From: Hyphomicrobiales bacterium
Lineage (GTDB): Bacteria > Pseudomonadota > Alphaproteobacteria > MED-G09
DNA length: 64,000 nt
Reading direction: 5' to 3'
NCBI GenBank assembly: GCA_028339975.1
Contig: JAOLDG010000008.1
Coordinates: 2,154 to 66,153 of the forward strand
Both the position numbers and the translations under genes were made by a program. Under the pieces are notes generated by a model, which was given only the letters and a program-made list of their open reading frames with translations, was not told where the DNA came from and searched no databases. Positions 9,197 through 16,583 of the stretch are shown piece by piece. Positions within the stretch are counted from its first letter, which is position 1; each line of letters starts with the position of its first letter.

Positions 9197-9631
9197 ATGT
9201 CAGTTCCTTGTCCAAATCCAAAATGTGGAATACTTGAAGGCAGAAATTATGAAGGGGCTAACCCAATTCTCTTTTTTATTCCTTACATTGCTCCATGGCT
9301 CTGGTTTGATGCAATTATTCCTAGAGATAAAGATATTGCTCAAATTATTACCGAGTCAGACAGAGAGGATTGGGGTATCGACGATTGGGTTGAACTTGGT
9401 GTTTGCGATAGGTGTGGTTATAGACTTGGTGACCCACAACCATGGCAAAAGAATGTTAGAATTAAAAGATTTATTGTATGGATACTAATAATCCTTTTTT
9501 TCTCTTGGGCGACTATTTACTCACTGCTAGAGGATAGTGGTTATTTTTGGGTTAGTTTATTTTTCCTATTCTTTTCCTTAATCTATTTTCGTTCTAACGA
9601 AATTTACGAATTATCGGATGATGACGAATAG
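9197..9631 (+). CDS. hypothetical zinc-ribbon membrane protein
   Basis: Has CPNPKC...CDRC (a CxxC pair) followed by two predicted TM helices and an acidic tail. It begins 7 nt after the integrase stop. Confidence 0.4.
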   Translation: MSVPCPNPKCGILEGRNYEGANPILFFIPYIAPWLWFDAIIPRDKDIAQIITESDREDWGIDDWVELGVCDRCGYRLGDPQPWQKNVRIKRFIVWILIILFFSWATIYSLLEDSGYFWVSLFFLFFSLIYFRSNEIYELSDDDE

Positions 9632-9636
9632 GTTAT

Positions 9637-9790
9637 GTGTAGCCGAGACAAACACGCTCTTGGTCGATAAGGGGATGAAGAGGTACAGAAGATAACCTAG
9701 GAAAACCCTATCAGAGCAAAACTCGACTACACAACGCTATCTGGGAAACAGGGTGAAAAAGATAATCCCCATAACCCAGACGCAAGCTAT
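9637..9790 (+). ncRNA. candidate structured RNA or recombination/packaging element (GC-rich intergenic region)
   Basis: There is no ORF here, and the local GC is ~48% against a ~29% background. A long-range helix pairs GTGTAGCCGAG (9637-9647) with CTCGACTACAC (9722-9732), 10 of 11 bp, and encloses nested hairpins (CTCTT/AAGAG and GATAACCTAGG...CCCTATC). A second helix pairs CTGGG with CCCAG at 9741-9778. Confidence 0.3.
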
Positions 9791-9826
9791 TTGCCTTTTG
9801 AGGCTTTCTTTTTAGCTACATATAAC
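9785..9826 (+). terminator. possible intrinsic terminator downstream of the int-orf operon
   Basis: Hairpin AGCTA-TTT-GCCT-TTTG-AGGC followed by a TTTCTTTTT run and closed by TAGCT. The stem is short, so the call is weak. Confidence 0.3.
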
Positions 9827-9944
9827 TCAGCCTTTCCTAAATTTATTAGGAATTGACCTTCGTTATCTTCAACATCAAGAACTTCATTAGCGGAAACAAT
9901 ATTCCCACTAACTATGATTGTATTTAATATTCTAACTTTCATGA

Positions 9945-11711
9945 TTACGTCGTTACAATATCGTTGATTGCTGAGAAGCCTTGAATGTGTCGAATACCAA
10001 CATCTACAAATCCAAAGATAGTCACTATCACATCACCTCGTGTTGAGAATGTGTAAGGGTCGACTATAAGTTCTGGAGCACCAAACTCACCAATAATAAC
10101 ATTACTCCAATCACCAAAGATGAGAGCTGATAGATTAGCACCAGTTCCTTTCGTTAGAGTGTTTGGAACGTTCTGGGATTGTAAATATCTATATCCTAGA
10201 AGCTCGTCACGATTGTTAGAGATGTATGTCGCATCAGTACCAGCCGGATTTCTCAATGTTGTTCTAAGTTTATTAGCAACCTGAGAGTTCGTGACAAATG
10301 TACCTCGACCAGTTAACAGGCCGTTAGCTGTATCAACGTTGGCAATCATAGTAGAGATATTATCATAAGTGATAGCACCACCATTTGCACCAGATGAAAC
10401 AAGAGATAGACCAGTAGTATTTAGAATACCTGTTGGTTGAACTCCACCAGTTCCATTAATAACGGCTTTATCTATCGCTTCTGATACGCCCATCATTAAA
10501 TCATTCCTCATTAAGTTTTCTAGAGGAGGTAACATCTGGGTTAGAGCTTGTCTGGTATAAGACACTCTAGATGATATTCCATTAGGACTTAGTGTGAGCT
10601 GGTCAAAAGTAGGTGTTGATTCAGTCGCTGGACTTCCTTCAGCTACCCATTCACCAGCAGACGCTAATGTCTTTCTTGGAATTGCTACGTTCTGATTCAG
10701 TCCAGCCATAGTGGTTGCACCAGCATCAATAGAAACATTGAAAGGTCTTAAAACATCAATGAAGGATTGAGGCATATACTCTGTACCAACTAGATTTGAA
10801 GTATTAGTTGTATCGAGTAGAGTTCTTTGTCCAAAAGCTGATGGTGGAACAAATGCACCAGTCGTTGTTCTATTTTGGCGAGTTGCTATTTCTTGAGACA
10901 TTTCTCTCTCAAAACCAGCATTAGACCAATCTGAATTTAACTGAGCTGATATCACTTTGCCTATTGAGTATTCTCTTTTAGACATTGCTTGGTCTTGTTC
11001 AAAGCTAGTGTAAGCAGAAGCAATAGGCTCTGTCTTAACTCTATCTAGTAATTTTGAACGGAACTCATCAAGAGGCATATCTTTCATTGCACAATCTGTA
11101 GCAAATTCGATTTGTCTGTGATGCTTTCCTAGGGCTAGTATTTCTTTAGAAGCTCTTTCATTGGATGCTTCTTTTATTTTAGTTTCGATTTTATTTTCCA
11201 TAATGGATTCCTTTGGTTTTGGATATGATCTTTGAATACCAATACTGTGATCTGCCGGTACTCCAACAACTGACACCTCGTAAGGTTGCCATGATGTAAC
11301 GAGTTGATTGCGACCAACTTCTTTGACTTCATCGATTGAATATCCGATTGATAGAAAGCGTAAGACCTTTGACTTGATGTCATTCCAAACTTCGGTTGCT
11401 CTGGTACTTTGTCCAAGTCTCAGAGTTCCTCTTAGTTTTTTATCCTCAGATATTCTAACGTTCTCAACTGTCCCAATGGGATCTTGTTGATCATGTCCGA
11501 ATAGAAGGGGTAAGCCTATATCCGCTCTTTCCATGTTTATTGCTGATGGTTCATGAACCAGTATCTCGTTATATTCACCACGAGGAACTGGTAACTCAGA
11601 AGAAAGACTGGCTTCAATAGTCCGGTTTTCTCCAGCACGTTCATCTAACTCAATGAGCAGAGTCCTGTGGTTTAAGTCATCACGAGCATCAGACACATTT
11701 TCATGAGTCAT
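9945..11711 (-). CDS. fused prohead protease (S78/U35, HK97 gp4-like) and HK97-fold major capsid protein
   Basis: The N-terminal ~170 aa carry LPLLFGHDQQDPIG and SIGYSIDE, matching the prohead-protease His/Ser regions. A coiled-coil linker follows, then a C-terminal MCP-like region (...IFGDWSNVIIGEFGAPELIVDPYTFSTRGDVIV...). An AGGAAA SD lies 8 nt upstream of the ATG. GC is ~43-45%, well above the surrounding ~29%. Confidence 0.75.
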   Translation of the reverse strand: MTHENVSDARDDLNHRTLLIELDERAGENRTIEASLSSELPVPRGEYNEILVHEPSAINMERADIGLPLLFGHDQQDPIGTVENVRISEDKKLRGTLRLGQSTRATEVWNDIKSKVLRFLSIGYSIDEVKEVGRNQLVTSWQPYEVSVVGVPADHSIGIQRSYPKPKESIMENKIETKIKEASNERASKEILALGKHHRQIEFATDCAMKDMPLDEFRSKLLDRVKTEPIASAYTSFEQDQAMSKREYSIGKVISAQLNSDWSNAGFEREMSQEIATRQNRTTTGAFVPPSAFGQRTLLDTTNTSNLVGTEYMPQSFIDVLRPFNVSIDAGATTMAGLNQNVAIPRKTLASAGEWVAEGSPATESTPTFDQLTLSPNGISSRVSYTRQALTQMLPPLENLMRNDLMMGVSEAIDKAVINGTGGVQPTGILNTTGLSLVSSGANGGAITYDNISTMIANVDTANGLLTGRGTFVTNSQVANKLRTTLRNPAGTDATYISNNRDELLGYRYLQSQNVPNTLTKGTGANLSALIFGDWSNVIIGEFGAPELIVDPYTFSTRGDVIVTIFGFVDVGIRHIQGFSAINDIVTT

Positions 11712-11967
11712 ACTTCGTTTCCTAATATGTTAAGTGAATTCCTCGACCAGAGGATTTGCCTGAGTCTACCCTGACTCATCTTACTCTTATATAAAACTTA
11801 ATCTCTAGAACCGAGTAAGAGTTCTATTAAGTTGAAAAGGTTTTGCTCTTAACATTCCATGTATTGAATCTCCGCTACCAGCAGAAAACAAACAAACCTG
11901 ATAGATTTAATATGGGATGATTTGCATTCTTATTCAAGTGAAGTAATCTAATTTTAAACGAAATGGG

Positions 11968-12219
11968 ATGGAGATGATTATGGGTATATTTTTGGTTATT
12001 TTTTATATTGTAGTTGGCATAATGTTTTTTTCGGCTTGGGTGGGTTTGTTTATAATAAATAACTCCATACAAAGCCTACTTAGTTATGTAAGAATTCAAA
12101 ATGTCCTTTTGAAAAATATTGTTAATAAAGATAGAACACCATCTCAAGAGAATTATTTTTTAAATCAGCAAGCAGAAAACGATGATTCTTTTTATAAGGG
12201 CGTTACACCAATAGAGTGA
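11968..12219 (+). CDS. small hypothetical membrane protein (cargo)
   Basis: An 83-aa ORF with two hydrophobic helices and no homology that I recognise. Confidence 0.3.
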   Translation: MEMIMGIFLVIFYIVVGIMFFSAWVGLFIINNSIQSLLSYVRIQNVLLKNIVNKDRTPSQENYFLNQQAENDDSFYKGVTPIE

Positions 12220-12232
12220 TTAGGAAAAGGTA

Positions 12233-12655
12233 ATGAATAAAATACTTATAGCGTTAGTCATGGCAGTTGTGATGTGTGGAAATGTTTATGCTTGGACAGA
12301 GAGAGGTGAGCAGATTGATGAAGGGTTATATATTTCTCATTATTTCGATGAGCAGAATATTAGGCATCAGGGTAAATATCTCTGGTATTGGACTTTAATG
12401 AACATACATCGTGATGATAAACAAATTTATGGAAAAGGTGTAAAAAGTTGGCTTAATTATTGGAGAATAGATTGCAATCAGAGGACTAATGCAGTTTTTA
12501 AACTTGTTAAATATTCAAAGTTAGGTGGGCAAGGCAGAGTTCTTGAATCAGAAGATTATGAAGGCGGAGCTAATGCACAAGGCACTCCAAATACTTTTTC
12601 ATATATTATTCCAAATTCTCAAGGCGATTTCATAGCACAGTCTTATTGTAAGTAA
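12233..12655 (+). CDS. hypothetical secreted protein (cargo)
   Basis: Has an N-terminal signal peptide (MNKILIALVMAVVMCGNVYA) and is 140 aa. It sits inside the element, separated from the small membrane ORF by 13 nt. Confidence 0.4.
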   Translation: MNKILIALVMAVVMCGNVYAWTERGEQIDEGLYISHYFDEQNIRHQGKYLWYWTLMNIHRDDKQIYGKGVKSWLNYWRIDCNQRTNAVFKLVKYSKLGGQGRVLESEDYEGGANAQGTPNTFSYIIPNSQGDFIAQSYCK

Positions 12656-12901
12656 ATTAAAGGGTATATCGAAACTATCTTTAGATGACTTCATTTAAGG
12701 GTATTTCTCGTTGAGGCCTTCTGCTAGGCACAGAGAATCCTCAATGCGTTTCGTTTAATAGCATATTCAAACTAAAAAATACCGCTTGTATGGTCTTTAA
12801 ATAGGTTGACGAAGTGCTTCTAAGTGTCTGTTACTAGGAGACTATCGTGATATACAGTGCCCACAGTGTGCAAAGGCTCAGAAGAACCTCGAACATACCC
12901 C

Positions 12902-13375
12902 TTAGTTAAGTTTTAATGGGTCTAAAAAACCTTCAGGATTATCTTTTACATTTGTACGACTAGCAACAATAATATCGGCATAATGCTCTCTATCTTCTCT
13001 ATCTTGAAAGATAGTCTCTACTTTATGCCAATCCCTGTCACTTACCTTGCATTCATATGGATACAATATAGACCATCCCATATTCATAACCCAATCAGCT
13101 TCTTTCTTTGTACTTTTAAATATCTTATGATCTGCCTCTTTTGAATCTATTTTCCATCCAAAATAACAGGCTACACTTACTGCTTTTTTTTGCATACACC
13201 ACAAGTCATATAGATTAGCTATACTCATCTCTGTTGGCCCTGTTCCAATAACGCTATTGATGGATATTTTTACATCTAACATACTCATCTGTTTTTTTTC
13301 TGAGTCACTGAAACCTCTAAAGTGTTCGTTTTCCAAAGCTTTTGAAAGGTTAAAAAATACATATTGTGGATCCAT
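12902..13375 (-). CDS. hypothetical protein (element-borne)
   Basis: A 157-aa ORF with no recognised motif. It has the same orientation as the replication/excision module. Confidence 0.35.
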   Translation of the reverse strand: MDPQYVFFNLSKALENEHFRGFSDSEKKQMSMLDVKISINSVIGTGPTEMSIANLYDLWCMQKKAVSVACYFGWKIDSKEADHKIFKSTKKEADWVMNMGWSILYPYECKVSDRDWHKVETIFQDREDREHYADIIVASRTNVKDNPEGFLDPLKLN

Positions 13376-13464
13376 TTTAATCTCCTGTTGTTGTTTTTAA
13401 ATTCTGTAAATTAAGTAGACAGACACTACTATTGCTAACCAAATTAGAATGAGGATTAACTCAA

Positions 13465-14283
13465 TCAATTTGCTATGCTCTTAAAAAGGTTGGTTGTTGT
13501 TTGTAAGTCTCGGTTATTATCGTGCCAATGCTGACCAATCTCATCGATTTCAAAGTCACTAAGATGACCCTTCCAAATATCATATCGCATTATGACATCA
13601 CCAGAATTATGCTTTTCTAGTTCCTTCCAGAATTCATTGAACTTATTTTCAGTAAAGGTCTTAGTCTTAGGCTTATCTGGATTTTCACCCCCATCAAGGG
13701 GAGGGTGAAAAGACTGATTAACTTCAGCATTAGTGTCTAATATATCTCTAGTTTCTTTTTTTTTATTCTTTTCTTCTCTTTTCTTATGCTTAAGTCCAAC
13801 TAACTCACTTTCCTTGTTTTCTGGGAAATTATCATCATCGCTATGTATAGGTTTGTCAGAGACTTGCTCAGAGTTTGTGGTCGACTTGTTGTCCTTTAGT
13901 AACTCATTGTATTGATCTAGTCGCTCTTTCGCCATTTCTCGTTTGGCTGTTGCACCTTTCTTGCCTTTTTCAACATTAGTGAGATGCTTTGCCATAGTTT
14001 CATAATATAGTTTTTCTCCGAATTCAAAGTAATATCCTTTATTGGGAACTTTCCTAAAGAATGGCTTTATAACTTCACATACTGCTTGATATTGTCTTGG
14101 ATCTAACTTGGTTCTATATAGAAACCAACTTTTATCATCCAAATTAACGGCCTTATATTCTTGCATCCATTGTGCATCTAATATGTCTCTTAAAGCTCCT
14201 CGCTCTATACCCTTAAGATGTCCAGTCATGTAATGAAATTCTGCTACCGGAAACGGCATCGTATGAAGTGTAATAGTAGACAT
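13465..14283 (-). CDS. DUF1376 (YdaU-like) prophage replication-associated protein
   Basis: The N-terminal FHYMTGHLKGIERGALRDILDAQW fits the DUF1376 signature (HL...E.GAYRRLLD). It is followed by a low-complexity lysine/glutamate-rich region. Confidence 0.55.
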   Translation of the reverse strand: MSTITLHTMPFPVAEFHYMTGHLKGIERGALRDILDAQWMQEYKAVNLDDKSWFLYRTKLDPRQYQAVCEVIKPFFRKVPNKGYYFEFGEKLYYETMAKHLTNVEKGKKGATAKREMAKERLDQYNELLKDNKSTTNSEQVSDKPIHSDDDNFPENKESELVGLKHKKREEKNKKKETRDILDTNAEVNQSFHPPLDGGENPDKPKTKTFTENKFNEFWKELEKHNSGDVIMRYDIWKGHLSDFEIDEIGQHWHDNNRDLQTTTNLFKSIAN

Positions 14284-14675
14284 TAGTTCTTAACCTTCTC
14301 GGCAACTGTCTGGGCTTGCGAACAAAACCTCATGCCTTTGTAGAGAAATGGTAAAAGATTGATCACAGGTCTACCCAAGTCGAACTGCTCTAATAAATCT
14401 TCCCTTTCATGGAAATAATGAAGTCTCCATCCATTACTTGATAACTCAAGAGCCATATAAGAGCTTATGCCTTTCTGGTAGTTCTCATGAATCATATCTA
14501 GGTTATCTAAATTAGCTATAACTTGAGCTGATAGATTGCTTGCATCTTGGACTTGCATACCAAAGCTCTCAAAGGTCGGAACTAGCTCACTCATCCAGAA
14601 ATTAACAATATTGATAGTTTCCTGAGGAAGATCATTAAAATCATCTGATTTAAGCATTAGACTTAATCCATGCAT
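14283..14675 (-). CDS. hypothetical protein, translationally coupled to the DUF1376 gene
   Basis: The track ORF extends to 14783, but that N-terminus overlaps the AlpA gene in another frame. An internal Met at 14675 or 14657 is the more likely start. The stop overlaps the start of the DUF1376 gene. Confidence 0.3.
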   Translation of the reverse strand: MHGLSLMLKSDDFNDLPQETINIVNFWMSELVPTFESFGMQVQDASNLSAQVIANLDNLDMIHENYQKGISSYMALELSSNGWRLHYFHEREDLLEQFDLGRPVINLLPFLYKGMRFCSQAQTVAEKVKN

Positions 14676-14880
14676 TAACTTCGCTTTCACGATACATAGC
14701 TTTGCACTTGTTATTAGGTCTCTTACTTTTTGGAAACAAACCTTCGCTTTCCCATCTCTGGATAGTTGCTGATGATTTACCAACTAAAGTCGCTACCTCA
14801 GTTCTTGATAGTAGGCGATTTTTAGTCTGACTAAGTTTTTCTAGTATTTTGTAAATTTCTGTTTCTAATTGTTTGTCCAT
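14650..14880 (-). CDS. AlpA-family phage transcriptional regulator / excisionase (HTH)
   Basis: A 76-aa protein with LLSRTEVATLVGKSSATIQRWESEGLFPKS...YRESEVNAWI, matching the AlpA/Xis-type HTH. It is the first gene inward from attR. Confidence 0.65.
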   Translation of the reverse strand: MDKQLETEIYKILEKLSQTKNRLLSRTEVATLVGKSSATIQRWESEGLFPKSKRPNNKCKAMYRESEVNAWIKSNA

Positions 14881-14944
14881 GAAGACCTCCTTTAAATGTA
14901 TAAGAAGTCTAACTCCATGATAGTGACGTTTAACATCAAATTTG

Positions 14945-14972
14945 ACGTACAGATGAAGCTAAAAACGTACAG
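14945..14972 (+). promoter_or_regulatory. putative integrase arm-type sites at the attR arm (ACGTACAG x2)
   Basis: ACGTACAG occurs at 14945-14952 and 14965-14972, the reverse complement of the CTGTACGT pair at 6899-6928. The extended matches are CATCTGTACGT and AACTGTACGTTT. Confidence 0.5.
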
Positions 14973-15113
14973 TTTAACTTTGATATTGAAGTTACTTTGA
15001 GCGTAATGTATTACTTTAAACTACAAGTTATAGGGATTAGGTGTTGTACAGAACGATGTACAAAAATCGAGAAAGATAAGCAATTACTTACGTTTGACTA
15101 TGGTGTTTTATGG

Positions 15114-15164
15114 TTTCTAATCCGTAGGTCAGTAGTTCGAATCTACTCGGGATCACCATTTAAA
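15114..15164 (+). repeat. attR core: 51-bp direct repeat of the tRNA-Arg 3' end
   Basis: Identical to 6800-6850. The identity breaks immediately outside on both sides. Confidence 0.85.
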
Positions 15165-15243
15165 AATAGCCATAAACCAATATCCACCTTAACTTCTTTT
15201 CAAAAACTATAATGAAGTGATATTTATGTTGTTTTGACTAATT

Positions 15244-15900
15244 TTAAAGTAGGGACCAACCATAGAAAATGGATATAAAAATTGTATAAATAGCCAGAAG
15301 AATAACGTTGACAGGGTTTCCAGATAGTTTTGGTGTTTTTATTTGAGAAACATTTAATATTGCAAGACATATTCCGCTGGCACCAAGAAAAAATGAAAAA
15401 AATGTATCTTCAAAGCGCTCTGCAAACATAAATAAAAAAACTAGAATAATACTATTGTTATCAATGGCTAGGCCAGTGTATTTTGCATCGCTTGATAATC
15501 CAAAGGTGCTAAAATAACTTAATCTAATAGCACCAAAAACTAGCATTATGAATGCAGGAATTAAAAAGAGCGGATTAAAATTCGAATAACTTAATATCAA
15601 AATAGCGGGGGTGACTCCATAACTTACAATATCTATTAGTAGATCAAGTTGGCCTCCAAATTTTTGATCGTCACCTGTTCTTCCCTTTATTTTACGAGCA
15701 ATAAGGCCATCAGCCCAATCAAAGGCAACTGCCCAAATCATTCCTATCATTGCGGCTTCATATATACCTATTATCAGGAAGTATATTGCAAGTAGTGAGC
15801 AGCCTAAGCCTGCAAGAGAGCATATATTGGGAATATCTCCAATGTAAGACAGGATAGATTTTGTTGGAAACTTTGTTGATATTGATCTTTTAGTTGTCAT
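15244..15900 (-). CDS. CDP-alcohol phosphatidyltransferase family protein
   Basis: Has the D(x2)DG(x2)AR...G(x3)D(x3)D signature (DWADGLIARKIKGRTGDDQKFGGQLDLLIDIVSYG) and is a multi-pass membrane protein. Confidence 0.75.
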   Translation of the reverse strand: MTTKRSISTKFPTKSILSYIGDIPNICSLAGLGCSLLAIYFLIIGIYEAAMIGMIWAVAFDWADGLIARKIKGRTGDDQKFGGQLDLLIDIVSYGVTPAILILSYSNFNPLFLIPAFIMLVFGAIRLSYFSTFGLSSDAKYTGLAIDNNSIILVFLFMFAERFEDTFFSFFLGASGICLAILNVSQIKTPKLSGNPVNVILLAIYTIFISIFYGWSLL

Positions 15901-15993
15901 AGCAAGTAATTTAACCTAATATGTAAAAGCATAATTTTATGTTAGATTTCTAACACTTTGCTATCATCATTTATGAGGTAGTAAAAGGAAAAA

Positions 15994-16500
15994 TTGAAAA
16001 TAGTTGTATACACTGTCGGTACCTTTGATTTACTTCATGTTGGTCATCTTGCTTTATTGAACCATTGCAAAACACTTGGAGACATCCTCGCGGTTGGGGT
16101 TGCTTCAGATGAAGTTGTTAATATGTACAAACCTAATGTTCCTATTGTTCCCTTAGAACAACGTATGGAGATGTTGCGAGCGCTTGGGTGCGTCGATATA
16201 GTTCGCCCATATCATGAACTTGAGTATATTTCAGGTTGCAAAGCCTTAAATGTTGATATTTTTGTTGTAGGTGAGGATTGGGGAAAGAAATCACATAACC
16301 TTGATGTTGATAACTATATTAGAGATATTGGTAAGAAAATTGAACAGGTTCACTATAATCCAAGAACTTCATCAACTAAAATAAAACAAATGGTTTTATC
16401 TCAGAATCAACTTCAAACCAAAATAAATGAGCAGAAATTACAAAGGTTTTCTGTATATAAAAAGAGTCCGAGCTATCCTTTTGCAAAACAAACTAAATAA
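15994..16500 (+). CDS. cytidylyltransferase (TagD-like glycerol-3-phosphate / phospho-alcohol cytidylyltransferase)
   Basis: Has the HxGH motif GTFDLLHVGH, plus FVVGEDWGKK and NPRTSSTKIK, matching the TagD-family pattern (FVMGDDWEGKF ... PRTEGISTTKIK). Confidence 0.7.
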   Translation: MKIVVYTVGTFDLLHVGHLALLNHCKTLGDILAVGVASDEVVNMYKPNVPIVPLEQRMEMLRALGCVDIVRPYHELEYISGCKALNVDIFVVGEDWGKKSHNLDVDNYIRDIGKKIEQVHYNPRTSSTKIKQMVLSQNQLQTKINEQKLQRFSVYKKSPSYPFAKQTK

Positions 16501-16583
16501 TTTATATTCAATGTTATGATATATCCGCACAAGAGTTTCCCTCAAGCATGTAACTAGAAATTGCTTACGCTATAAAAATTAAA

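Noticed and set aside
9159-9488. 109-aa ORF in an alternative frame overlapping the int 3' end and the zinc-ribbon gene
   Set aside because: It is entirely overlapped by two better-supported genes. Its hydrophobic translation is an out-of-frame artefact.
11174-11490. Two small ORFs (11174-11416 minus, 11308-11490 plus) inside the capsid gene
   Set aside because: They are nested within the protease-MCP ORF in other frames and strands, and are spurious.
14676-14783. N-terminal extension of the 166-aa track ORF overlapping alpA
   Set aside because: It overlaps the well-supported AlpA-family gene in a different frame. An internal Met start is more plausible.
14997-15212. Track ORF of 71 aa spanning the attR core
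   Set aside because: It runs through the tRNA-derived repeat and the arm-site region, and it has no SD or homology. It is almost certainly non-coding.
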